From Octopus vulgaris (Eukaryota), in the NCBI GenBank assembly GCA_951406725.2, contig OX597821.1:22010001-22074000 (forward strand): DNA of 64,000 nucleotides. The letters are read 5' to 3'. A program made the translations under genes and the position numbers. Below, in pieces: positions 27,509 to 39,869 of the stretch. The first letter of the stretch is position 1. Each line of letters starts with the position of its first letter. The notes under the pieces are model-generated. The model saw only the letters and a program-made list of their open reading frames with translations, searched no databases and was not told the DNA's origin.

Positions 27509-27590
<82 letters not shown>

Positions 27591-27830
27591 ATGCATGTTC
27601 GTATATTTTGTTATCTATATGTCTGTTCCTATATTATATTATAGTTCATATACAGCGTTTAACCATATACGATAGAATCGGTAGAGTGTCGGACAAAATG
27701 TTTACCGGCATTTCTTCCGGTTCTTTATATCCTGAATTCAAATTCCGCAGTGGCTGACTTTGTCTTTCATCCTTTCGGGAGAACTGGAGTCAACGTGATC
27801 GGCGTAATCCCTCCGCTAAAACAATGGCGA
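27277..27830 (+). mobile_element. Two degenerate Nin/Deu-domain SINE copies around a (TA)(TG) tract
   Basis: ttccggctcttttacgttctga and tgactttgtctttcatcctttcggg. Confidence 0.55.
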
Positions 27831-28017
27831 CACTTATAACAATTATATTTCATATAAGTGTGTACTTATATATTTTGATATATTCCATTTATGAATATGT
27901 TCGTATATTTCAGAATATTTGATATAATCGTATGTTTGTATAATTTATTATATTTGATTTATGTGTCAGTTAGTATATGTATGTGTCAGTTATTATGAAA
28001 TAGTACTGAATATTTAA

Positions 28018-28108
28018 ACTAATTGTCTTTCATTTTCATTTTCTTTCAGGTAAGTTTCCAATTTTTTTTCCTTAAATGCCAGATTTTTTGTTCACCTGTA
28101 AGGTAAGA
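28018..28108 (+). promoter_or_regulatory. Candidate recursive splice site (ratchet point) with 53-nt cryptic RS-exon
   Basis: ACTAAT branch motif at 28018-28023, tract tgtctttcattttcattttcttt, CAG 28047-28049 directly followed by GTAAGT 28050-28055, and AG|GTAAGA at 28103-28108. Confidence 0.65.
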
Positions 28109-28379
28109 TTTATATTCGATTAGTGCGCGTGTATATACACACACACACACACACACATGATTGATTCGCTTTTCGTACGAGCTCTTTTTTTTAAACAGGA
28201 ATAATTTTTTTTTTACCAAAGAATGTCAATTTTGCCATTAAATGCATTACTGGAATAAGAAACTAACATAAACTAAATAGTATTTTTCATTGTTTAACAA
28301 ATATATTACACAGAATGTTTGATTACACATCTTAGAATAGATATTTCTATCAAACTGAAGTTTCATCTACTCAAGTGGT

Positions 28380-29040
28380 GAACTTTCTTTTTGATGCTTT
28401 GTGTGAACCACTTGTATCATGCCAGTCTCTTTGCAGAGACCAGCAGTAGTCAGCCATCATGCTTTTGTTCCACCTGTCTCGATACCTAGTTGCCATGGTC
28501 TTGATGTTTCGGTGTAATATTTCTCCCTCCCAGCTCATCACTTATTGCACTAAGATTTTCAAGGAAGTAGTCCAGGCGACTGAACAGGAAATATAATTTT
28601 ACACTCATGTTGGAGCCCAGGGCTCGAAAACTGGTTAACAGGGTCTGCACAAATTCTTCATAGTTTAATGACTTCTTGTTTCTCAGGCAATTAGACACAG
28701 CTGCAGCGAAAGCATTCCACGCTGCTTTTTCAACGCTAGACATGGTCTCCAAAAACTGCCCGTCCTACAATAGCCACTTAATCTGTGGCCCGTCAAGCAC
28801 ATCAAAGCTGGAAATCTTGAAACAGCCACTGTTTCAGTTTTCAGCACGTTTTACATACTATACTGTGTGCCAAGTTTTATATTAACCACCCAGTTCCATT
28901 CCAAAGTAAGAAATACAATGTAGGCTCTCTTCACAAAATCTGTGATTTTGTTTTGCTGCCCAGGTAAAGTGTAACATCCACAAATAATAGCAGAAAACAT
29001 CGAGGCTGTTTTTGCATTTTCTTCTCTCACAGTTGGCCAT
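28380..29040 (-). pseudogene. Chapaev3-type (CMC) DNA transposase, internally deleted
   Basis: CKNSLDVFCY..CG N-terminus; EKAAWNAF...NYEEFVQTLL..F..LGSNMSVKLYFLFSRLDYFLENLSAISDE; SMMADYCWSL. Confidence 0.8.
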
Positions 29041-30087
29041 ATTTCTGAAATACAAGACAAATAAATATTCAAGCCAATTGTCACTTGGGAAAAGCATTTT
29101 CGGAATTGTCAATAGTTATGAGGTTAGCAAATAAAGATTTACGATGGCAAAGTTCCACAAAGAGCATACATACTATAAAGTTCTTTTTCCAGTTTTTTTT
29201 TTTTTACCATGCTTGACATAAAGTGACTTTGACCCATGTGACCCCACAATTAAAATATTAGGGGGCGGCATTCAAAATACCAGTTTTCAAAAGAAATAGT
29301 TAAAGGCTAAAAAAATACATGCTTCAACTGGTTTGCAATGTAAGTCACACTAAACCAAGTACAGCATGGACATATCTGCCGACAAATTCCACAAATATGA
29401 GACATGGATGATTTATGGCCATTGAGATGTAATGTTTATTAGCATTATGACATTTAGAACTGGCGGACGGTGAAGAGGCAGTGGAAGAACTCAATTGAGC
29501 CAATGTTGCTTCGTACATTGAGGCTGAGCGGAGAAAGTCTATAGCAACGGCCAGGATCACCAGGCTCTATCCAGAGAGTAACTGCAACGCATAGGTAAGA
29601 GCGGCATCCAGAGTTGTGTAATCAGCTAATGAAAAATTAACTATGCCTCAAGCTTAAGGACTTTATCCCCACGACTCTCTCAGGAATAGTGGGTGGAATA
29701 GTAACAGAATCATAGGAATCTATGCAAGCAATGCGACCGAGATGATGAGATGAGATTGAAAGTAGTGAAAGTTGCTCAGATTTGATACATTTTATTTACT
29801 GAAGATGTTTAAATCGTAACTTGTTTCACTTTTTTAGTTGCATTTACTTTAAATGATATCGAAAAGCTGTTTTGTCAAGCTCCATATATGGGTGTTCATT
29901 TGATGAAGCCAAATCTATCCTTAGATTTGATGACAATACCTGAAACATTGAAAAATGAACAATCTTGACCCGGTAGAACGAAATGGATTTCATTTCTTGA
30001 ATCTGCACCCCGAAATTATTAGGATGCGTGTCTCTAACATCAGACGACAAAACATGTTCCCAGGTGTTATCATTTACTATAATCATT

Positions 30088-30320
30088 AAGGCAGATAGCG
30101 AGCAGAATAGTTAGTACGCCGGACAAAATGCTCAGCAGCATTTCGTCCGTCTGTATGTACTGAGTTCAATTGCTGCCGATCTCAACTTTGCTTTTCCTAT
30201 TTTCGGGGTCGATAAAATAAGTACAAGTTGAATTACTGGAGTCGATGTTATCACCTAGTCCCCTCCTCTAAATTGCTGGCCTTATGCAAAATTTGAAATC
30301 AATATTATCACTATTATTAT

Positions 30321-30365
<45 letters not shown>

Positions 30366-30702
30366 TATTATTATTATTATTATTATGAAGGCGGTAAGCT
30401 GACAGAAACGTTAGAACTCCAGGCAAAACGCTTAGCGGCATTTCGTCTATCTTTACGTTCTGAGTTCAAATTCCACAGAGGTCGACTTTACCTTTCATCC
30501 TTTCGGGGTCGATAAATTAAGTACTAGTCAAGTAGTGGGGTCGAAATGATCGACTATCCCCCTCCTTTCAAATTCCAGGCCTTGTGCCTATAGTAGAAAG
30601 GAGTATTATTTTTATTATTAAGTACCAGTGAAACACTGAGGTCGATGTAATCGACTTCTCTCCCCCCTCAAAATGTCAGGCCTTGTGTCTTTAGTAGAAA
30701 GA

Positions 30703-30705
<3 letters not shown>
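30088..30705 (+). mobile_element. Tandem cluster of three Nin/Deu-domain SINEs separated by (TAT)/(CAT) tracts
   Basis: Copies at ~30088-30302, 30388-30604 and 30618-30705, with gaggtcgacttt.cctttcatcctttcggggtcgataaattaagta. Confidence 0.85.
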
Positions 30706-30753
<48 letters not shown>

Positions 30754-30796
30754 GTTATTATTATTGTGGTTATTATTATTATTATTATCATTATTA

Positions 30797-30854
<58 letters not shown>

Positions 30855-31244
30855 CAGTAGTAGTAGTAGTTGTTGTTGTTGTTGTTGTAGTTGGTGTTTT
30901 AGTATAAGGAAGTAATTGTAAAGTAAAAGATAAAAATATAACAGCGTATATATATGGTGTGTTGTAGTTTTACGTGTTTATTTAGCTTTATTCTATAAGG
31001 TATATACTATAATCATAGTCACCACCATCATAATTACCATCATAATCATCATCATTATCGTCGTGGTCGTCATCAGCATCATCATATTCATAATCATCAT
31101 CATCAACTCTATCGTCATAGACATTTTTCATTATTCATTATGATCATTATTAAGCCTTACACCTTCCTGCAACATTAATTGTTGACTATGATATAAAACC
31201 AGACTTATTGCTGTTGCTATCATTATTATTAATATTATTATTAA

Positions 31245-31302
<58 letters not shown>

Positions 31303-31321
31303 ATTATCATCATCATCATCA

Positions 31322-31362
<41 letters not shown>

Positions 31363-31409
31363 ATTATTATTATTATTATTATAATTATTATTATTATTAT
31401 GATTATTAA

Positions 31410-31470
<61 letters not shown>
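30700..31470. repeat. (TAT)n/(CAT)n trinucleotide arrays
   Basis: Direct reading. Confidence 0.9.
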
Positions 31471-31473
<3 letters not shown>

Positions 31474-31983
31474 TTTGAAATCACGCCAAGAATAACGGAA
31501 TGCGAAACCAAACGCACACCTACACACACACACATACACACACATACACGCACGCATGCACGCACACATACACACACACGCTTGCACACACTAGACACAA
31601 CAACAACAAATACCAAAAACAAACCAAACAACAATGGCGTCTTGACGGCTCCTCCGGGAGTTACAGTGGAATAATCATATAAATTACCCAATCATAATTT
31701 TCTTCATAGCTAAAGGGGGAATAGGGGGGAAAGCTTCTTTTATGCCTTGCTTTTTGTTATTGTTGTTGTTGTACTTTTTATTGTCCCCCTCCTTATTTTT
31801 TTTGCTTTGATTTAATTTTTTTTATTTTTGTTGGGATTTACTTTTGTAGGATTTTTGTAATTTTTCCGTTTTTTTTTTTATTTTTCGTGTTCGATTTTTC
31901 AGTCCATACGTTCGTTCAACTAACTACAACTAACTCCATATGATTTTTCTAATCCATAAACTGTACATCGACTTTAGAATTCT

Positions 31984-32032
<49 letters not shown>

Positions 32033-32047
32033 TTATATGAATATATA

Positions 32048-32420
32048 CTCTTTTACTCTTTGACTGCGGCCATGCTGGAGCACCGCCTTTAGTTGAGCAA
32101 ATCGACCCCGGGACTTATTCTTTGTAAGCCCAGTACTTATTCTATCGGTCTCTTTTGCCGAACCGCTAAGTTACGGGGACGTAAACACACCAGCATCGGT
32201 TGTCAAGCAATGCTAGGGGGACAAACACAGACACACAAACACATATATATATACATATATATGACAGGCTTCTTTCAGTTTCCGTCTACCAAATCCACTC
32301 ACAAGGCATTGGTCGGTCAGGGGCTATAGCAGAAGACACTTGCCCAAGATGCCACGCAGTGGGACTGAACCCGGAACCATGTGGTTGGTTAGCAAGCTAC
32401 TTACCACACAGCCACTGCTG
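32048..32420 (-). mobile_element. OK-like SINE, near full length
   Basis: Aligns with 21209-21617. Confidence 0.9.
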
Positions 32421-32614
32421 CATATTTTTATATATGATAGATGTTCTGGGTGTTGCGATAGAGTAGCAGAGCTCTCTGCTTATGCACACATTCAATCAAT
32501 AAACCAAAATGTATTTACTGTACCAGTGCTCATACCAACGTTTCGAATATTCGGTTACCCTGAAGAACTCAGTGTCTAGAGTCCGCAGGAATAAACCAAC
32601 ATTCAGAATGTGTG

Positions 32615-33090
32615 TCAGACATCACTGATAGAAGCGTTGAAGGACCTGCGAAATGTCCACATCTCAAATGAAAAGAGCAACGTCAGTCCATGCACACGGT
32701 ACAGAGAAACTTTTGTTCGCCTTGTGATGCCATGTGCGAACCAGACACATGACTCAAAAACACTGAAAGAGTCAGTTGCCCTCTGAAGCCTCAAAGATAT
32801 TTCGTCGTCCAATGAACAAGAATGGATGTGTGTGCTGCCCAGTGGAACAAACTTGTCTGACACTGTCAGTACAGTTCTTTCAACTAAGATACATATACCA
32901 CATATGGGTTTCCTGTTTTGACCAGGCCAAGCTGAGTCCAAATGACTTGCAATGTGCAGAAATATGATCTATGTGAATTTGCATTTCTTCAACTGTGTGA
33001 ACAACCAAGTCATAATCATCTGCATAAATGAAGTCACGAATAAGAGAGCTGGGGCGAGGATGTCACCTTGCTTGACACCATAGATACATA
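32615..33090 (-). pseudogene. RTE-clade LINE RT fragment
   Basis: GVKQGDILAP; SLDDEISLRLQRATDSF...GITRRTKVSLY. 5' end abuts (TATG)n. Confidence 0.85.
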
Positions 33091-33094
33091 TAGG

Positions 33095-33936
33095 CATACA
33101 TACATACATGCATGCATACATACATACATACATACATGCATTCATACATACACACATACATACATACATACACACATACGTACATACATACATACATACA
33201 TACATACATACATACATACATACATACATACATACATACATACATACATACATACATACATACATACATACATACATACATACATACACACATACATACA
33301 TACATACACACATACACATACATACATACATACACATACATACATACATACATACATACATACATACATACATACATACGTACCTACGTACGTACATACA
33401 TTCATACATACATTCATACATACATACATACATACATACATACATACATACACACATACGTACATACATACACACATACATACATACATACGTATCTACG
33501 TACGTACATACATACATACATACACACATACATACATACATACACACATACGTACATACATACATACATACATACGTACCTACGTACGTACATACATACA
33601 TACATTCATACATACATACATACATACATACATACATACATACATACATACATACATACATACACACATACGTACATACATACACACATACGTACATACA
33701 TACATACATACATACGTACGTACGTACGTACATACATACATTCATACATACATACATACATACATACATTCATGCATACATACATACATGCATGCATACA
33801 TACATTCATACATACATACATACATACATACATACATAAATACGTACATACATACATACGTACATACACACATAGATACATACATGCATGCATACATACA
33901 TGCACACATACATACATACATACATACATACATACA

Positions 33937-33970
<34 letters not shown>

Positions 33971-34076
33971 CATACATGCGTACATACATATATACATGCA
34001 TACATACATACATACATACACACATACATACATACATACTTACATACATTCATACATACATACATTCATACATACA

Positions 34077-34107
<31 letters not shown>

Positions 34108-34231
34108 TTACATACATTCATACATACATACATACATACATACATACATACATACATACATACATACATACACACATACATACATACATTCATACATACA
34201 TACATACATATATCATACATACATACATACA

Positions 34232-34262
<31 letters not shown>
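33095..34262. repeat. 1.17-kb (CATA)n array with variant units
   Basis: Direct reading. Recurrent CGTA/CACA/TTCA variants. Confidence 0.95.
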
Positions 34263-34263
<1 letters not shown>

Positions 34264-34389
34264 CGCTTGCACACACAATATGACTACCTAATTCATGTGG
34301 TCAAAGTTCCACTGAAGGCCCATTGCCCCTACTTTGGAGACTAGCGTTTTCGCTATCGGCAAAATACTTTGAAAATAAAACCAGATCAT

Positions 34390-34589
34390 AGTTTTCACTT
34401 GAATCCCTATTGGACTGCAGCCATGGCGGTACACCGCCTCAAAGGGTTTAATCGAACGAATGGACCTCATTTTTTTTTTGCCGAACTACTGCGTTTCGTA
34501 GACGTCATCAAACGAACACCGGTTGAGGTGACAAAAACAAATACAAATACACACATACACACAACGCACACGTACACACATACATATAC

Positions 34590-34653
<64 letters not shown>

Positions 34654-34862
34654 GTATTACGTCATAAGAATTTAGAATCGTCGACAGAACGTGAAATAAT
34701 TCATTTTTATCTGTAGAACTCGAAGTAGATAAAGCTATAAATGATAGTCTCCGCGTTTTTCTACCCAAAGGAGTTTTTATTTCAATATTTACATGATGTT
34801 ATTTGTAGCTTGATCTACTTCAATTTCTATTATTAAAAACGAATTATTTCAGATAGATAGAT

Positions 34863-34901
<39 letters not shown>

Positions 34902-35090
34902 CTCATAGGCAGACAGACGAATAGGCAGGCAGACGGACAGACAGACGTACGGACGGACGGACGAACGGATTGATGGATGGAGGGTTAAAGTTTGTCTATA
35001 TAAGTATGCATACATACTTCTACATAGTTTCTGTCTACCAAATTCACTCACAAGTCATTGCTCGGCCTGGAGCTATAGTAAAAGACAAAC
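34390..35090 (-). mobile_element. Old OK-like SINE split across an expanded internal microsatellite
   Basis: 3' half near 34390-34560; 5' part (tctaccaaattcactcacaag) near 35020-35090. Confidence 0.55.
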
Positions 35091-35269
35091 TGCTTGTGAT
35101 ACCTGAAAACTCAAGAAAGAAACTAATATCAGCCGGAACTGTAGCTTGTCTTGGACTTGTGACCATTGCATCACGTTGCATGTTAAAGATTATACTTTTA
35201 CAATTTAAGAATAGCAACAAAATGTCTATTTAATAAAAGGGTCGTTGAAACGCTTACACCCACAAGAAG

Positions 35270-35848
35270 CGTTTAAAAATGTCAAATTTTGTTGTATTCA
35301 TATTTGTAGAAATTATCAAACGTGACCAGCAGCAGCCCTAAAAAATGTCATTAACCTTCTAATGCTACAGGATGATGTTGCTAAAACAATATATAATGTC
35401 ACTTTCAGGAAACACAGCCCTGGGTTACATAAAGATTACTTCTGATATGAAACTACGTTTCATCTCAAAGGAGATAATCTAATATAAACTTCGACTGAGT
35501 GCAAACATAACAGATCAGCTATGGCTGTTCGAGACAGAAAAGTAAAGAAAACATGATGTAGTGTTATAGAGGTCAACTGCCCTTCAGGTGTGACCATTAA
35601 TTCTAGAATCGTTGAGAAAGAAAATATTTACGGATAATTGCTCTGAAATCTACAAATTTTCCATTAAATATTCACATTTACACTTATAATTATTGGTGCA
35701 TTTGGCTATGTTAGTAAATGTTTAAATGACAACTTCGTAAAACTAGTTTCCAGGCCTTGCAACTGACCAGCTAACACGCACTTTACAAATATAATCTGCA
35801 AGTGGAACTGTAGAAATACGCAAAACTTTTCTAAAATACAATGCATAA
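35270..35848 (+). pseudogene. R4/Dong-like RLE LINE C-terminus
   Basis: DDVAKTIYN ... IEVNCPSGVTINSRIVEKENIYG ... IIIGAFGYVSKCL; homologous to 55430-55813. Confidence 0.75.
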
Positions 35849-35860
35849 CCTTTCACCGTT

Positions 35861-36176
35861 CCACAGTCGATTACGATGACGAGCGTTCCAATCGATCCGA
35901 TCAATGGAACAGCCTGCTCGTGAAATTAATGTGCAAGTGGCTGAGCACTCCACAGACACGTATACCATTAACCTAGTTTTCAGGGAAATTTAGCGTGACG
36001 CATAGCGTGACAAGGCTGGCCCTTTGAAATGCAGGTGCAACTCATTTTTGCCAGGTGAGTGGACTGGAGCAACGTGAAATAAAGTGCCTTGCTCAAGGAC
36101 ACAACGCGTCGCCGGGAATTGAACTCACGACTTTACTATCGTGAGCCGAATACCCTAACCACTAAGCCACGTACCT
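35861..36176 (-). mobile_element. tRNA-derived SINE (head B + tail 1)
   Basis: Head and core as in 24508-24845; tail (aatttcacgagcaggctgttcc) as in 46943-47328. Confidence 0.85.
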
Positions 36177-36199
36177 TTACTTATTACGCGCTAATTTAA

Positions 36200-36422
36200 T
36201 AAGGCAGGAATGTTATTTCTTCAACTCTCATGAACATTTCCTAGGATTCTTCTGCAGGTTGCCAATGCCAGTCTCGATTCCAATATCTCTCAGTCAGTAT
36301 TTTAGGTGTCGTACCAATTCCACCAATTACCTCTGGAACAATAGTTGTCTTAGCCTTCTTCAGTCTCCTCACTTCTCTGACTAGGTCCTAAAATTTCTCA
36401 ATTTTTTCCAATTTCTTTGGTA
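36200..36422 (-). pseudogene. R4/Dong-like RLE C-terminal fragment
   Basis: KELEKIEKF*DLVREVRRLKKAKTTIVPEVIGGIGTTPK. Confidence 0.65.
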
Positions 36423-36493
36423 TCGGCTCCGTTATGAGACGGAATTACAAAATCTATGAGTTTACACAGTTTCTCTGGCGCATTGCTCAGTCA

Positions 36494-36815
36494 AGGCGCA
36501 TGACTCAGTGCTTAGAGCGCCGAGCTCACAATCATGAGGTAGTGAATTCAATTTCCCGGACCGGGCTGTGTGTGTGTGTTCTTGCGCATGACACTTTATT
36601 TCACGTTGCCCCAGTTCACTCAGCTCAAGAAATGAGTTGCTGGTACCAAGCTGGTATCGGCCTTTGCCTTTCCTTTGGATAACATCAATGGCGTGGAGAG
36701 GAGAGGCTGGAATGCATGATCGACTGTTGGCCTTCCGTAAACAACCTTGCCCTGGGGGGGGGACTTTCTAGGTGAAATCCCATGGTCATTCATGATCGAT
36801 CGGAGTCTTATACCC
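36494..36815 (+). mobile_element. tRNA-derived SINE (head B + tail 3)
   Basis: Aligns with 3184-3468 and the reverse complement of 24508-24845. Confidence 0.85.
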
Positions 36816-37075
36816 TTTTATACTGTTACTTTATCTTGCCCTCTATAATTATATCTAGTTTTCTTCCTTTTCTTGGTCATTACTTTTACTCTTTGAACTC
36901 GGGTTTTGTCGGAACTCCTGGAAACCTGCATGAATTGTATGTTTCCTACCTGCGGCTTGCTTACAGTACCATGCTGCTTGTTCTATTCAACTATCTAGTA
37001 CTTTTCTGATGAGTTTGGCAGACTAGGAGGCAAACTCTTTTGCCCCTGCTCAACCGAGTACTCTGTTCACATTTC

Positions 37076-37644
37076 AAGGCGGCGAGCTGGCAGAATTGTT
37101 AGCACGTCGAGCGAAGTGCTTGGCAGTATTTCGTCTGCCGCTACGTTCTGAGTTCAAATTCCGCCGAGGTCAACTTTGCCTTTCATCTTTTCGGGGTCGA
37201 TTAAATAAGTACCAGTTAAGCACTGGGGTCGATATAATCGACTTAATCCGTTTGTCTGTCCTTGTTTGTCCCCTCTGTGTTTAGCCCCTTGTGGGTAGTA
37301 AAGAAATAGGTATTTCGTCTACCGCTATTTTCTGAGTTCGACTTTGCCTGTCCTCCTTTCGGAAACACCGGAGCAGATGTAATCGACTAGTCCCCTCCAC
37401 ACACACACATACACAAATTTTAGACCTTGTAACTTTAGTAGAAAGGATTATTACTATTATTAAGTTGATGAGCTGGCAGTGTCGTTACCGCGCTGGACGC
37501 ATTTTGAGTTCAAATTCCGCTGAGGTCGACTTTGCTTTTCTTTCTTTCGGGGTCGATAAATTAAGTACGAATTGAGTACTAGGGTCGATCTAGTTGACCA
37601 TCCCCTCCCCAAAAATTTCAGTTCTTGCGCCTATATTAGAAAGG

Positions 37645-37650
<6 letters not shown>
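37076..37650 (+). mobile_element. Nin/Deu-domain SINE cluster, first copy with Tx1-like tail
   Basis: Young-looking copy 37076-37308 ending agccccttgtgggtagtaaagaaa, then copies at ~37309-37450 and 37462-37650. Confidence 0.88.
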
Positions 37651-37691
<41 letters not shown>

Positions 37692-38876
37692 CATTATTAT
37701 TATTATCATTATTATTATTATCATATGAGGTGTAGGTGGAAATGAAGCCGGTATTGTTGCTGTGATGATCAGTTGCATGTTTCAGGAAAACTAGTCGGAT
37801 TATCTCGTTAATCTTACGTGAGTGTTAAGCCGATTACAAGTCGTCGTACAGATCAGACTACAAGAAGATGGCGGAGATGGGGGGGGGGATCATGGTGGTA
37901 GCGGCCAAGTAGTGAGAGAAAATGCAATGAAGTGACGTGGTATAGATTGGTGTGGAATGGGACAGAGTGGTGCTGAGTGGGGAAGGACGTGGTAGGATTT
38001 GAAAGAAATAGCATTCAGATACAGAGAAATTAAAATAGAATAAAACAGAATAATGAAAAATTTACGCCAAATGATAAACAAAATGAAAAACAAATATAAT
38101 AATAATAACAATGATAATAATAATAACATCAGCAACAATAATAATAAAAATAACGATAATAATTATAATAATAATTGCAGTAATAATAATAACAACAACA
38201 ATAATAATAATGATAATAGTTATAACAATAATTACAATAATAATTATTATTAATACTATTATGATAATAATAATAATAATAATAATAATAATATTTTCAT
38301 GGTAACATATGATTTCTAATTATGATAATGTAGAAAATAGAGACACATGGGCAGGTCGTCTGTTATCGTCCTCTCCACCACAATTTAACACAGTACCCAG
38401 CAAATATATACACGTCGACGCACAAACACATATACGCATATATACACATTTACATGCATATGCCCGCCGCTCCCATACGCACATACACGTGCACACACAA
38501 CGTGAATGCAAACACACACATAGAAAAATATACACAAATGCATACACGCGCTCAGACTTACATCCACACATACATGTATCCATGCTTTTGTGACTTTGTG
38601 CGTATATGCACGCATACAAGCACAGATTCCCATGCACGTATTTGTGTGCATCTGCAACATATTGCATTAGCAAGTGCAATATTCTGCTGTAATGCAACAC
38701 CAAAAATCCATTTAATTTTCCAAGTGGAATTAAATCGTTTCTAGATTATTCTGATTTTGTTTCTTCTGTGTTTCTGCATTTGTTTGTGTGTTTCTCAGAG
38801 AGAGCGAAAGAGAGAGAAACAGATAGACAGAGACAGAGATAGACTCAGCGTGGGTGAATGATGACCTCTAGAAAAG

Positions 38877-39735
38877 GGGTTTAAGCATGGGAGAGTAGTG
38901 GTAGGAAGCTAAAGGCTTATTCAGGGTAATGATGATCTGCAGTTAAGAGTTTACCAAGAGGAGGGAAATGGTGACGTTTGCTTAATGAGGGTTTAGAACA
39001 GAATATGTTGACCTGTAGCTTAAGGCTTGCTAGAAGAAGTAAAATAGCGATCTGTGATTAAGGAGTTTACTAAGAGAAGGGAAGTGGTATTCTCTAGTTA
39101 GTAACGGTTTACAAAGGAAGGAACATGGTGACCTGTGACTGAGGATATACCAAGAGAAGGGTAGTTGCGATCAAACTGAGGAATGGGTCATGGCCGTCTG
39201 TGGTTAAGATTTACAAGGAAAATGGAAGCGGTGGTTTCTGGTTCAGAGCTAACTAGGGGAAGGGAAGTGGGGAAATGTTATTAAGGTGAGAAAAGAGAAA
39301 TGGGAAATTGTGGTTTAAGAGTTTACTGAAGACAGGGAAATTGGTGAACAGTGTTTAAAGGTTTATAAAGAAAAGAGTTATGGTGATCTCTGTTTAATAA
39401 GGATTTACTAAGAAGAGATGAAACAGTAATCTATGGTTAAGAGTTTACGAAAAGGGAGATGGTGAACTGTAATTTATAAGAGGTCACAAAGAGGGAGGAA
39501 ATAATGATATATGTTTAAGGGTTTACCAACAGAAGGGAAATAGTAACTGTTTTGAGGTTTACTAAGACAATGGAAATGGTGACCTGTGGTTCACAGGAAT
39601 AAGAGAAATGGGGGCCTGTGTTTAATAAGGATTTAGGTTTACCAAGGGAAGCGAAATGGTGATCTATGATTTTAAGGTGTTTTCAAAGGGAAAGGAAATG
39701 TTGATCTATGATTAAGGATTTACGAGAAGAGAAAT
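38877..39735. repeat. Degenerate ~40-bp purine-rich minisatellite (about 20 units)
   Basis: Recurrent gtttac.aaga.aagggaaatggtgac.tgtg.ttaag. Confidence 0.8.
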
Positions 39736-39869
39736 AGCAACATGCGCCTAAGACATGGGGGCAACACATACGACCTTCGTTTTTTTTCATAACCTCTGAA
39801 ACTGATGTGAGAAAGAGAGGTGAAAAGGAAGAAAGGAAGGAAGGAAAAAAAGGAACGAACGAACGAACG

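Noticed and set aside
29459-29593. Possible + strand exon bounded by AG and GTAAGA
   Set aside because: Stops in all three frames and a poor acceptor tract.
33068-34344. 400-aa ORFs (YIHT/MYVC repeats) and the many similar ORFs in the track
   Set aside because: Translations of (CATA)n, (TA)n, (CA)n, (TAT)n and (GATA)n microsatellites, which lack stops by composition.
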